Below, piece after piece: positions 31,814-41,964 of a DNA stretch of 64,000 nucleotides; position 1 is the first letter of the stretch, and each line of letters opens with the position of its first letter. The DNA is from Candidatus Hydrogenedentota bacterium (GTDB taxonomy: Bacteria > Hydrogenedentota > Hydrogenedentia > Hydrogenedentales > SLHB01), in NCBI GenBank assembly GCA_963668025.2, contig CAXXTH010000017.1, positions 160,001-224,000 of the forward strand, in the 5' to 3' direction. The translations under genes were made by a program, and so were the position numbers. A model generated the notes under the pieces. That model did no database searches, had not been told where the DNA came from, and saw only the letters and a list, made by a program, of their open reading frames with translations.

Positions 31814-32638
31814 AGCGCTTCAAAGTCGGCGCAGACATGCCGAATAGCCATAAAAAATAAAAATAACATTACATCCACTTGTAAAAGAATGATATGTAAT
31901 GCCAAATTGCCATAAGAAGCAATTTGGCACATAAACCAGTGAATATATGAGTATGGAAAAATGGCGAACACGGGCTTTGATAAATTCGAGTCTTCTGTCT
32001 CATCGTTACATGCGATATTTCTGCTAGTGTGGCAAGATAACCTTAAATATCTCGATAATGAGCAACCTCAATGCTTATGCAAGTGGGAAGACAGAGGAAA
32101 TGAAAGTGATTTGTCGACGCCCCCATTCTGGAGTGAGGAATTCTATCGAAATGTGATTTGGTTAGCAGATAGTTATTCATACTTGAAGATGTTCTATGAA
32201 AATGGAAGACATGATCTGCTTTCGGATAGCAACATACGAGGGAGCGGATTATATTCAAAGGTGAGTTTAAGCTGGTTTACATTCAAGGCAGCGCTGGGCT
32301 CAATCAGCAATACTACTCACGAAACATCAGAAGTATTTTATAGGATTCAACAGGACTTTGAAGATGGCGTATTCCTGGTACTGCGAAAAATACAAAAGAA
32401 GAAACCATATAAACCGTTCAAGTGGCGTGAACTTATTCAAAGCGAAACGCCAAAAAGCTTGATTGATCTTGATGAACTACCTGATATCAAACGTTTTTTG
32501 CATCCTTTTGCATTGGCTGAAAAAGTTATCTATTCAAACAGAAGGCTATTTGTTTCTCAATCATGTAGAGTAATGAAACAATTACAAGAACTATCATTTG
32601 CAGTCTCCTTCATTCTAAATGAAAGCAAAGTAGGAAAA

Positions 32639-34008
32639 GGGTGCTCCCTCAATATGATAACCTCAATTGACCCCGTGGCGGGCCACGTGTTGCCAGAACT
32701 GGTCCCAACGGCCCTCGGTCATCTCCAGCGACCTGAGCGCGATCACCGCGCTCGCGCCCGCTTCCTTCCACCGCATCCCGGAGCATGCCAGGCGTTGCTT
32801 GATCAGCGTCTTGCACGCCGCCTCCGTCACTCCGCTGCCGATGGGAAGGCGCTCCGCCGTGTGCCGCCAGTATTGCATCTTCGAGCGGTGATTGCCGAAG
32901 TAGGTGATCGCCTTGCCGAGTTCCTCGCGGCAAGCCTGGGCGCGCACGCTTGGCAAGCTCGCCTTCATCTCCTCCAGCAAGCGTCCGGCTGCGCCCCTCG
33001 TGTGCTTCAGCCGGTGACTCCAGTCCGCCTCCCACTCCCGGCGGCGCGCGCCATGACCGTGAATCGCCTCCGCCGCCTTCCCCACGTATTCCCGCGCGTG
33101 ATAGAAATCCAGCATCTGCCGGTCCGTGCGCGGCGTCAAAAACTTCCAGTTGTCCGGCGCGCCGTCGGCCAGGCCGATATACAGCGCCGCCGGGTGCCTC
33201 GCCCTCACGCGCTCCACCTCGCGGCCGAAGCGCTCGAGGAAAGTCTGCTTGCCGTACTCGGGCGATGCGCCCGCGTAGATCGTGTGCAGCCGCTCCCCGT
33301 CCTTGTCGTACAGGCTGATGGACCCGCACATCGCCTGACGCCAGCCGTCCTCCCTGAGCAGCATGCAGGTGCCGTCCAGGCCCACGGCCACCGACGCGAC
33401 CGGCCTGTCCAATTCCGGCAGCTCGTACTCCCACGTCTCCTCCCTGGCCTGCGCCAGGGCGCCCACAAAATCGCCGATCTTCTTCACATAGTCGCGCGAG
33501 ATTGCGCGGCCTGTCGACTCGAGCAGGTCGCGGCGCATGACATCGGCGCCCATGCGGGAGTATTTGCCGCTGACGATCCGGGCGTAGCGCGGCGTGGCGT
33601 TCATGACCATTCGCGCGTCCCGCTCCAGCGGGCAGAAGGTGCGCCCGCCCGTGGCGGTGTTCTGGTAGACGTGCCGCTCGACGCGGACCGGGCCGTGGGG
33701 CGTCTCGTAGGTCTGGCCGAAGCGCCCCTTGGTTTTGAAGGTGGTGGCGCCGACGCGGATGGGCGAGCCGTCTGTGTCGAAACGGGCCAGGGCCTCGGCC
33801 ATGACTGCGCGCCCCACCCCGTTCAGGGCCTCCTGGACCGCCTCCTCCATATCGAGCATCGAACCACGCAGCCTCAGCGAGAAACTCACCTCGAACGTGT
33901 CGCCGTCGCGCCTTGTCACCATCGCTGCCATCGGTCTTCCTCCGTTAAGGGTCCGGCATACTTATCGACCCGACACGAGGATTTCTTTAGCATTCTGCGG
34001 GAACACCC
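32639..34008 (-). mobile_element. ISKra4-type insertion sequence (1370 bp)
   Basis: Imperfect TIRs GGGTGCTCCCTCAATATG / GGGTGTTCCCGCAGAATG; 8-bp TSD TAGGAAAA at 32631-32638 and 34009-34016; high-GC body inside low-GC flanks. Confidence 0.93.
32663..33931 (-). CDS. ISKra4-family DDE transposase
   Basis: GLDG, ADGA, LDFYHA and PIGSGVTEAACKTLIKQRL..SGMRW motifs. Confidence 0.92.
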   Translation of the reverse strand: MAAMVTRRDGDTFEVSFSLRLRGSMLDMEEAVQEALNGVGRAVMAEALARFDTDGSPIRVGATTFKTKGRFGQTYETPHGPVRVERHVYQNTATGGRTFCPLERDARMVMNATPRYARIVSGKYSRMGADVMRRDLLESTGRAISRDYVKKIGDFVGALAQAREETWEYELPELDRPVASVAVGLDGTCMLLREDGWRQAMCGSISLYDKDGERLHTIYAGASPEYGKQTFLERFGREVERVRARHPAALYIGLADGAPDNWKFLTPRTDRQMLDFYHAREYVGKAAEAIHGHGARRREWEADWSHRLKHTRGAAGRLLEEMKASLPSVRAQACREELGKAITYFGNHRSKMQYWRHTAERLPIGSGVTEAACKTLIKQRLACSGMRWKEAGASAVIALRSLEMTEGRWDQFWQHVARHGVN

Positions 34009-34266
34009 TAGGAAAATACGATTTACCCACATTCTATTCATTGATTGCATATCTGCATGGAATTGTAATAACACTTGAAAAAGAGTCAAATCTATTGCGG
34101 TATATTGTTGTTGGGATTTTCAATCTCTAGATATTCAGTAAAAACGATACGCGTATTCTCCCTGATGCGCGAAATTATTGCGCAACACCAGCGATAAGCT
34201 ATAGTGTCCTTGTGTCTTAGTGCCTTTGTGATGAAAAAACATACAGTATGTATTAGAGTGCATTGG

Positions 34267-35436
34267 ATGGTTGAAACCCATACGCCTGAATTTACCTTGC
34301 TGATGCCGTGTCTTGACGAGGCGGAAACCCTCGCCGCGTGCATCCGCAAAGCACAGTCGTGCGCGGAACGGCTCGGTCTCGACGCCGAGGTGCTGGTATC
34401 GGATAACGGCAGCGCCGACGGCTCGCCCGAGATCGCCCGGCAATGCGGCGCGCGGGTGGTGCGTGCCGAAGAACGGGGCTACGGGGCCGCGCTGATGGCG
34501 GGCATCGAGGCGGCGCGGGGACGCTATATCATCATGGCCGACGCGGACGAAAGCTACGATTGGTCGGCCCTTGATGGTTTCGTCGAGCAGCTCCGGGCGG
34601 GAGGCCAATTGGTCATGGGCTGCCGGTTTCCCCAAGGCGGCGGCGTGATCGAGCCGGGCGCCATGCCGAAATTACACCGCTTTCTCGGCACACCGCTCTT
34701 GAGCGGCATGGCGCGGCTGTTCTTCGGCTGCCCTGTGACGGACATCAACTGCGGCATGCGGGGTTTCGCGCGCGAGGCTATCCTTGGCCTCGAACTGCGC
34801 GCCACGGGCATGGAGTTCGCCTCGGAGATGATCGTCAAGGCGTCCCTCGCGGGCCTGCGCATCCGCGAGACGCCCATCACGCTTCACCCAGACCGCCGGA
34901 CGCGCCCGCCCCATTTGCGCACATTCCATGATGGCTGGCGGCACCTGCGATTCATGCTGTTATATAGTCCGCGTTGGCTGTTTCTCGTGCCGGGGCTGCT
35001 GCTCCTCGCTTTTGGCGTCCTTGGTTTCGCGCTGATACTGCCGGGCCGGCTGCGCATCGGGGGGATCGAGTTTGATGTAAACACCCTGCTCGTGTGCGCC
35101 CTCTCGATCCTTCTGGGTGCGCAATGCATCGCCTTCGGCATTTTTGCGAAGGTTTTCGCCATCTCCGAGCGCCTGCTGCCGGATGATCCCTTGCTGCGGC
35201 GCTTGTTCACGCGGATTAAGCTAGAAGCAGGCCTGCTGTTGGGTGCGGGTATCGGATGCCTTGGCTTTTTGCTATTGCTGGGAGGCGTGGGGTATTGGGC
35301 CTGGCACGATTTTGGCAAGATTCCGTATCCCGTGGGCTTGCGCATCGTGATCCCGGCCGTCACCTGCATCACGCTGGGCGCGCAGGTGGTGCTTTCGAGC
35401 CTGTTCCTCAGCATTCTAGGCATGAAACGGAAGTAG
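34267..35436 (+). CDS. GT2 polyprenol-phosphate glycosyltransferase-like protein with C-terminal TM helices
   Basis: MPCLDEA, DNGSADGS, RGYG, MADAD and GMEFASEM motifs. Confidence 0.93.
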   Translation: MVETHTPEFTLLMPCLDEAETLAACIRKAQSCAERLGLDAEVLVSDNGSADGSPEIARQCGARVVRAEERGYGAALMAGIEAARGRYIIMADADESYDWSALDGFVEQLRAGGQLVMGCRFPQGGGVIEPGAMPKLHRFLGTPLLSGMARLFFGCPVTDINCGMRGFAREAILGLELRATGMEFASEMIVKASLAGLRIRETPITLHPDRRTRPPHLRTFHDGWRHLRFMLLYSPRWLFLVPGLLLLAFGVLGFALILPGRLRIGGIEFDVNTLLVCALSILLGAQCIAFGIFAKVFAISERLLPDDPLLRRLFTRIKLEAGLLLGAGIGCLGFLLLLGGVGYWAWHDFGKIPYPVGLRIVIPAVTCITLGAQVVLSSLFLSILGMKRK

Positions 35437-35460
35437 ACCACCGCCGGAACGGCTGGAGTA

Positions 35461-35609
35461 CAGGGTAATCGCATTAAAAACAGCCCAGATTTAGCCACAA
35501 AAGGCACAAGGGGCACAAGGAAGAATTATTTTTGTGTTTTGTGAGCCTCTTGCGGCTCATTTTCCGGCGATAGAGAAAAGAAATAAGACTTTTTGATGCG
35601 ATTGTCGTG
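35461..35609. mobile_element. MITE-like element enclosing a 9-nt-periodic CAC hairpin
   Basis: Imperfect 20-bp IR CAGGGTAATCGCATTAAAAA / TTTTTGATGCGATTGTCGTG (16/20) around CACAAAAGG-CACAAGGGG-CACAAGG. Confidence 0.55.
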
Positions 35610-35703
35610 GGTCCCTAAACCTCAGAAAGCATAAAAAAGTTTCGCACTTTCCATGCGTCTTTACATTGAGAGAGGTAAAGCAAGCCAAATGTACTAGCAC
35701 ATT

Positions 35704-35766
35704 GTCATTCCCGCGAAAGCAGGAATCCACAGAAACGCCCCGGATCCCCGCCTTCGCGAGGATGAC
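35704..35766. repeat. REP doublet (GTCATTCCCGCGAAAGC.GGAATCC type)
   Basis: Two inverted imperfect palindromes at 35704-35728 and 35742-35766. Confidence 0.8.
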
Positions 35767-35836
35767 GTTGTTAGGTATATCTAGCCTTTACCGTGTTTTT
35801 TTGGTTGAGGCTGGGCCGCGATGAACTGGAGTATAC

Positions 35837-37534
35837 ATGAACATCCTTGGCGTTAACGCCTTCAACCATGAACCCAGCGCATGTCTTATTTCAGATGGCC
35901 GCGTCGCCGCCGCCATCGAGGAAGAAAAGGCGGTGCATCGCAAGTACGTCGTAGGTTTTCCCGAACGCGCTATCCGGGAATGCCTCGCACTTGCAGGCGT
36001 GAAGCCTTCACAAGTGAATGTGGTGGCTTTGCCCCGGCGGCACGGCTTCGAGCTTCGCGCGCATGCGATGCATATGCTCCGGAATTTCCCCCGCAGCCTA
36101 AATCTGTTGCGTTCCGGCAGCGCCGCCATCGGCGGCGATATCAAGCGGGAGCGCTACCTGCATCTGCGGGGGATGCTCCGCCATGTGCTGCATCCCGGCG
36201 TTAAGATCGTCGAAGTGGGCCACCACGAGGCCCATGCGGCGTCGGTCTGTTTTCAAAGCGAATGGGATGATCTCGCCATCGCCGTGGCCGATGGCATCGC
36301 GGAGTTTGACACTACATGGCTTGGCGCGGCGGAGGGCGGACAGCTCCGCTCCCGCGCCACGACGCCTTTTCCCCATTCCTTGGGCATGGCCTATGCCGCC
36401 GTGACACAGTTTCTCGGATTCGAACCTTTCAACGACGAATGGAAAGTCATGGGCATGGCCGCCTACGGCGCGCCGCGTTATTATGAGGAATTGCGTCCCT
36501 TGCTGGCCGCCACGCCGGATGGACACGTGCGCATTGACTGCAAGGCCTTCGACTTCCCGTGCTATGGCCGCAAACGCTGGTTTAGCGATGCCTTCCGCCT
36601 ACGCGGACTCGAGCGCGCGCCGGATGCGCCCATCTTGCAGGAGCATTACGATTTCGCCCGGTCGTTCCAGTCGGTTATCGAGGACACCCTGCTCGAACTG
36701 CTCCGCTATGTGCGGGAGGCCTATCCCGAAAAACGGCGGCTGGGCCTCAGTGGCGGCGTGTTTCTCAATTGCCTGTTCAATGGCCGCCTGGCGGAACAGG
36801 GGCTTTTCGATGAAATCTATGTAGACTGCAATCCCGGCGACGCAGGCACGGCCTTGGGCGCGGCCTGCCATGCCTGGCGGGCAAGCATGAGCCGCATGCC
36901 CAAGCCCATGGCCCACGACAACCGCCTGGGCCGGGCCTTCGGACCCGATGCCATACGTGAGGCCATCGAGCGCGCGGGGCTGTCCTGTACGGAATTGCAG
37001 AACCCGGCGGATGTAGCGCGCCTTATCGACGGCGAGCGCATCATCGGGCTCTTCGAGGGGCGCAACGAGTTCGGCCCCCGCGCATTGGGCGCGCGCAGCA
37101 TTCTGGCGGACCCGCGCCTGCCCCAGATCAAAGACATCATCAATAGCCGCGTAAAATACCGCGAACACTTCCGGCCTTTTGCGCCGTCCATCCTCGAAGC
37201 GCACCAAGAGGATTGTTTTGCGGCGAAGATGTTCTCGCCGTATATGTCCTTTGCACTTCGTGTAAAGAACGGCGTGGCCGCACGCATGCCCGCCGTCATC
37301 CACGCCGATGGCACGGCCCGCATCCAGACGGTGAGGCCCGGAAACAACCCCTTCTACCATGCCGTGATCGAGGCGTTTTACCAGCGCACCGGCGTCCCGG
37401 CGGTCCTCAACACCTCGTTCAACATTCGCGGCGAACCCATCGCCTACACGCCCCAGGACGCCATCGAGACATTCAAACGCGCCAATCTCTCCGCGCTGGT
37501 GCTATGGCCGTATGTGATCGAAGCGGCGAAGTGA
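35837..37534 (+). CDS. carbamoyltransferase (NodU/CmcH family)
   Basis: HHEAHAAS, KVMGMAAYG, GDAG, EFGPRALGARSIL, KYREHFRPFAP and LNTSFN motifs. Confidence 0.94.
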   Translation: MNILGVNAFNHEPSACLISDGRVAAAIEEEKAVHRKYVVGFPERAIRECLALAGVKPSQVNVVALPRRHGFELRAHAMHMLRNFPRSLNLLRSGSAAIGGDIKRERYLHLRGMLRHVLHPGVKIVEVGHHEAHAASVCFQSEWDDLAIAVADGIAEFDTTWLGAAEGGQLRSRATTPFPHSLGMAYAAVTQFLGFEPFNDEWKVMGMAAYGAPRYYEELRPLLAATPDGHVRIDCKAFDFPCYGRKRWFSDAFRLRGLERAPDAPILQEHYDFARSFQSVIEDTLLELLRYVREAYPEKRRLGLSGGVFLNCLFNGRLAEQGLFDEIYVDCNPGDAGTALGAACHAWRASMSRMPKPMAHDNRLGRAFGPDAIREAIERAGLSCTELQNPADVARLIDGERIIGLFEGRNEFGPRALGARSILADPRLPQIKDIINSRVKYREHFRPFAPSILEAHQEDCFAAKMFSPYMSFALRVKNGVAARMPAVIHADGTARIQTVRPGNNPFYHAVIEAFYQRTGVPAVLNTSFNIRGEPIAYTPQDAIETFKRANLSALVLWPYVIEAAK

Positions 37535-37574
37535 GCCACGGAAGGGTGCAAATATAGTTCATTCAGATAATTTA

Positions 37575-37720
37575 CCACCAAGGCACAAAGACACAAGGAG
37601 GCTCATAGGAATTTTATTGTATTTATATATATGATATATTTGATTTCAGCACCCTTAAGAAATAAACAGGGCAGACTAACAAGCGTTTATAACTCCTTGT
37701 GTCTTCGTGTCTTTGTGTTG
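37575..37720. repeat. 8-nt-periodic CAC-type inverted repeat around an AT-rich spacer
   Basis: CCACCAAGGCACAAAGACACAAGGAG ... CTCCTTGTGTCTTCGTGTCTTTGTGTTG. Confidence 0.8.
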
Positions 37721-37769
37721 AAAAGATCCGGCGTCACTGCCCCGGCGTTGCGCCATGTATTCCTTCGAC

Positions 37770-38480
37770 CTAAGATTCCCGCATCCGCCGGGTGTATTCC
37801 GTCCATTCCGTCTGGGCGTTGCGTTCCCGGATGCGGTCCGCGATGCCCGGTTCCGCCAGGGCGATGGCTTCAAACACCTTGTTCGCGATGAGCATGTTGC
37901 CAAGTTTGTTCGGATGCACCGTATCCTGATGCACCAAGTGGTCTTTGCATCCTTCGGCGCTCCAGACGTCGGCATAGATGCAATCCGTCGACTCCGCCAA
38001 ACGGCGCAGCATGGCATTGTATTGCTGGGTGGCCTCGACGCTGCCCCGGTCGAAAGGCGGATAGTACCGAAATGACGCGATGTGGTAGACGTTGACGATG
38101 ACGATCGCCGCGTCCAGGGCGTCACGCAACCGGGTGAGGATGGCTTTGATTTCCACTTCAAACGCTTCGGGGGCCATGCCCGCCCGCATATCGTTGAGTC
38201 CGTATGCGATGACCACCAAGTCCGGCCGATGGGCGATGACCTCGCTATCGAGCCGTTCCGACGCGCTCGGTTTGGTGGATTCGGCGTACCCAGGGCTTTG
38301 CGGTGATATCACGCTGGCGCCGACGCCGGCATTGTGATACATGATCGAGCTTTCTTGGGCCGTCTCGAGCAAATGCCACAATAAGTCGGCCCATCGTTCG
38401 CTGGCCTGCGCCAGCCATCCGCCCCCCTCGACCACGCTGTCTCCCAACACCACCAGCGATTTGAACGGACCTTTTGCCAT
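37770..38480 (-). CDS. SGNH/GDSL hydrolase
   Basis: LGDS, NAGVG, GLND and DTVHPN blocks. Confidence 0.92.
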   Translation of the reverse strand: MAKGPFKSLVVLGDSVVEGGGWLAQASERWADLLWHLLETAQESSIMYHNAGVGASVISPQSPGYAESTKPSASERLDSEVIAHRPDLVVIAYGLNDMRAGMAPEAFEVEIKAILTRLRDALDAAIVIVNVYHIASFRYYPPFDRGSVEATQQYNAMLRRLAESTDCIYADVWSAEGCKDHLVHQDTVHPNKLGNMLIANKVFEAIALAEPGIADRIRERNAQTEWTEYTRRMRES

Positions 38481-38707
38481 GTCCCGCCTCTTTCTTCTGG
38501 GTCTTTCCAAGATTTCAATATTTCCGGCATTTCAGTTCTAAACAGTAGAGCCCGATGATAATCATTATCTTCAATGCTGGGCAATGTTGATGCCCGCTAC
38601 ACATTCAGTGCATAAACCGGCGCTTAAAAGTATGCCATTTACACCGTATGGTTAATCGAGGAATTTTTCGGACAATATCGCTCCACAGATGAACGCGGAT
38701 GGACTTA

Positions 38708-38829
38708 AGAGGCGCGTCAAAATAACTTGACTATTTTTTCGCATTCAACGCAATTTTCATGGCGATAGGAATTACCGCTTCCTTTCCGAGTGGTGGGAGA
38801 AAATCGGTAAGTTATTTTGACGCGACTCC
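38708..38829. mobile_element. 122-bp MITE, copy 2 (inverted relative to copy 1)
   Basis: Reverse complement of 14281-14402 except the terminal base; flanked by TTA/TTA. Confidence 0.9.
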
Positions 38830-39078
38830 TTAGCGCAGCGTAGACGCGGCCAGATATCCTTTACCTCACCATGAATGAACGCCAATGAATCATTAGGAAG
38901 CGCTTTAGCCCCCCTCGCATGTATGCATACTATATGTAGTCATTAAAATATATTTCAGCATGATTATATCCATTATATGTATCAATCAAACCAAGTATTG
39001 CTCACTTCATGCAACAAAAAGGCCGTATGGCATGAAATCCATACGGCTTTTCTGCGCAGTATCCATTTTGTGCTGGCG

Positions 39079-39918
39079 CTATATCTTCCACTGGCCGGTG
39101 TAGACTTCCGTGGCGGGGCCTTCCTGGTAGACATAGCCGTCTTCGGCCCATTCGATGGCCAGGACGCCATAGACAAGATGCACCGACACGCGCCGTTCGA
39201 CGCGGTGGGTGAGCATGGAGGCAAGAGCCGAACCGCAGGAACCGCTGCCGCTGGCCATGGTGATGCCGCTGCCCCGCTCCCATATGCGCATGACGATGTT
39301 CTGGCGGTCGATGACCTGTACGAATTCGACGTTCGTACGTTTAGGGAACGCTGGATGGTGCTCGATCTTCGGCCCGATTTCCGCCAGGGGCGCCGCCGTG
39401 GCGTCGGGCACGAAGATGACCGCGTGGGGATTCCCCACGTTCACGCAGGTGACGCGGAACGATTCGCCGCCGGGAATCTGGAGTTCCTCTTCGATGACCT
39501 GTCCCGGTGCGCCAAGCATGGGGATCTCGGAACGCTCGAAGCGGGGTTTGCCCATGTTCGAGCGGACGGTTGCGACCTTGCCCGCCTGCACATCGAGCCG
39601 CACGCGGTTGGGGCCGCCGCCGGTCTGGATGGTGAATTCGGTTTTATCGGTCATGCCCCGTTCGTAGACATACTTGGCGAAACACCGAATGCCATTGCCG
39701 CAGGTCTCCGCTTCGCTGCCGTCGGCATTGAAGATGCGCATGGTGAAATCCGCACCCTCCACGCCGGGCTGGATCAGAATAATGCCGTCGGAACCCGCTC
39801 CAAGATGGCGGTGGCTCATCTGGCGCGAAAGCTCGGCGGGATCCTCAATCGGAAACCGTGAGCAGTCAATGAAAAAATAGTCATTCCCGAGCCCGTGCAT
39901 TTTCGTGAATTCGATCAT
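39079..39918 (-). CDS. dapF: diaminopimelate epimerase
   Basis: FTKMHGLGND, NADGSEAETCGNGIRC, GNPH and WERGSG motifs; second catalytic site reads ASGSG. Confidence 0.95.
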   Translation of the reverse strand: MIEFTKMHGLGNDYFFIDCSRFPIEDPAELSRQMSHRHLGAGSDGIILIQPGVEGADFTMRIFNADGSEAETCGNGIRCFAKYVYERGMTDKTEFTIQTGGGPNRVRLDVQAGKVATVRSNMGKPRFERSEIPMLGAPGQVIEEELQIPGGESFRVTCVNVGNPHAVIFVPDATAAPLAEIGPKIEHHPAFPKRTNVEFVQVIDRQNIVMRIWERGSGITMASGSGSCGSALASMLTHRVERRVSVHLVYGVLAIEWAEDGYVYQEGPATEVYTGQWKI

Positions 39919-40000
39919 ATCGGCTGGCCTTTCCCTGTCGTTCCTATTTCATCAAGTAAATAGTTATTGGGCCACAAGAGGCTCAAGAAACGCAAGATAG

Positions 40001-40999
40001 TTATTTGCGCGGCCGTATGACGGCGCCAATGAGCATGCCCACCAGTTGTTTGTACGATATCCCGGCGGATGCGGCGGCCTGGGGCAACAAGGAAGTCTCC
40101 GTCATGCCGGGAATAGTGTTTGCTTCCAGCCAAACCGGTTCGCCTTCGACGATGATCATATCGCTCCGGCTCATGCCTTCACAGCCAATGGCGCGATGCG
40201 CCGCCACGGCCATCTCCTGCACGATACGGGTTTCTTCGGGGGTAATGCGCGCCGGGGTGATCTCGCGGCATGCGCCCGGGGTGTATTTGGCGTAGTAGTC
40301 GAAAAATTCGGATGTGACCGGGACAATCTCGGTGACTGGCAGCGCGCGGGGCGGCTGGCCCGGTTCGATATCGAGCACGCTGCACGTCACTTCCACGCCT
40401 TTGAGGTATTCCTCCGCCATTACGACATGGTCCAGCTCGAACAATTCCGGCAGCACGGCTTCCAATGCGGCGCGGTCTTTGGGGATGGCCATGCCCAGGC
40501 TCGAACCTTGGCAGGGGCTCTTCACCACGCAGGGATATCCGAGCGCTTGTTCGATGCGGGCCACGGCGGACAGCGGTTCGCGCAGCCATTCGTCTTTCCC
40601 GACGACCAAATCCCGGGCGACCCGAATACCGGCCTGGGCGAGGATGCGTTTGCTGCGGACTTTATCCATGGCCAGCCCGCTGGCCATGCATCCCGAGCCC
40701 ACATAGGGAACGCCCAGCAGGTCGAGCATGCCCTGCACGCGCCCGTCTTCGCCAAAAGAGCCATGCAACGCCAGAAATGCGCAATCGAGATGCAATCCAT
40801 GCAGCAGCGGGATCGCTTCGTGCAGCGGAAGCGGGCCGCCTTCGGGGAATTTCCAAGCGCCATCCAGGCCGATGGTGATTGGGAACACCTCGAAAGCTTC
40901 CGCGTCGATTTGCTCTAGGATTTTGCCGCCGCTTTTAAGGGAAATCTCATGTTCAGAACTTATGCCGCCCATAATGACAGCCACCCGGGACTTGCTCAT
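40001..40999 (-). CDS. ddl: D-alanine--D-alanine ligase
   Basis: GGISSEHEISL, LHGSFGEDG, GSSLG, DYYAKY and EANTIPGMT motifs. Confidence 0.95.
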   Translation of the reverse strand: MSKSRVAVIMGGISSEHEISLKSGGKILEQIDAEAFEVFPITIGLDGAWKFPEGGPLPLHEAIPLLHGLHLDCAFLALHGSFGEDGRVQGMLDLLGVPYVGSGCMASGLAMDKVRSKRILAQAGIRVARDLVVGKDEWLREPLSAVARIEQALGYPCVVKSPCQGSSLGMAIPKDRAALEAVLPELFELDHVVMAEEYLKGVEVTCSVLDIEPGQPPRALPVTEIVPVTSEFFDYYAKYTPGACREITPARITPEETRIVQEMAVAAHRAIGCEGMSRSDMIIVEGEPVWLEANTIPGMTETSLLPQAAASAGISYKQLVGMLIGAVIRPRK

Positions 41000-41228
41000 C
41001 TCCATCTCCTGACCGATGTGTTCCACGACGGCTTTCATAGCCGCCCTGGTGTAAAATACCTTTGCCTATTGCATAGTTCCGCCGCCGAAACGCCAGCGAA
41101 AACGGAGAAGAATCATAGCACGGCGCGCCTATAAGATGGGAATTGATTGAAAAGGTGCGGGCAAAATGGCGGCGCTTTTGCTATGCTGTGCGGAAATGGG
41201 CCGGGGGATAATCCAAGGAAACCGTTTC

Positions 41229-41957
41229 ATGATGGAATTGCTAACGATAGACAGCCTGACGGCGTTGCTGACGTTGACGGCGCTCGAATTGGTGCTCGGC
41301 ATTGATAACATAGTCGTACTTGCGATCATCACCGGCCGGCTTGAAGCCCGCGTGCAGCGCAAGGCGCAGCGGATTGGGCTTTTCCTGGCCATGGGCGCGC
41401 GCATCGCCTTGTTATGCACGATCAGTTGGATTGCCTCAATGACCGCGCCACTTATGCATGTAGTCGGGCATGGCGTATCCGGGCGCGATTTGGTGCTACT
41501 CGGCGGCGGGCTCTTTCTGATTTGGAAAGCCGTACGCGAGATACACGAGAAGACCGAGGGGGCCATCGAATCCGCCATTCATCCGCACAGCGCCCCATCC
41601 ATGGGAAGCGCGCTGGTGCAGATCGTGCTGCTCGATATCGTTTTTTCGCTCGATAGCGTGATCACGGCCATTGGCCTGGCGCAGCAATTGCCGATCATGA
41701 TCGCGGCCATCGTGCTGGCCGTGCTGGGCATGATGGTGTTCGCCGGGCCGGTCAGCGGATTCATCCACCGCCACCCGTCGGTCAAGGTCCTGGCTTTGGC
41801 TTTTCTGCTGCTGATCGGCGTCATGCTCGTGGCGGAGGCTTGCGGGAAGCACATCGAGCGCGGGTATATATATTTCGCCATGTGCTTCTCCCTTGCCGTC
41901 GAGATGCTCAACATCCGCATGCGGAAAGCAGAGGAGCGCCGGGCCAAAGCCAGGTGA
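41229..41957 (+). CDS. TerC family membrane protein
   Basis: LELVLGIDN and DIVFSLDSVITA motifs. Confidence 0.93.
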   Translation: MMELLTIDSLTALLTLTALELVLGIDNIVVLAIITGRLEARVQRKAQRIGLFLAMGARIALLCTISWIASMTAPLMHVVGHGVSGRDLVLLGGGLFLIWKAVREIHEKTEGAIESAIHPHSAPSMGSALVQIVLLDIVFSLDSVITAIGLAQQLPIMIAAIVLAVLGMMVFAGPVSGFIHRHPSVKVLALAFLLLIGVMLVAEACGKHIERGYIYFAMCFSLAVEMLNIRMRKAEERRAKAR

Positions 41958-41964
41958 TGAAACC

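Larger units (their letters stand above)
31961..34130 (+). pseudogene. low-GC hypothetical protein (263 aa when restored) interrupted by an IS
   Basis: Removing 32639-34016 joins ...ESKVGK to YDLPTFYSLIAY...GIFNL* in frame. Confidence 0.85.

Noticed and set aside
31961-34078. 705-aa ORF as a genuine evolved protein
   Set aside because: Chimera of an interrupted gene and the IS antisense strand, shown by the TSD and TIRs
38977-39861. 294-aa plus-strand ORF, and similar long shadow ORFs (e.g. 22944..23897, 40046..40918)
   Set aside because: Antisense to well-supported genes (dapF, galK, ddl); typical high-GC shadow frames with no motifs
41040-41228. yybP-ykoY riboswitch upstream of TerC
   Set aside because: Expected from context, but I could not identify the conserved loops or a four-way junction by eye
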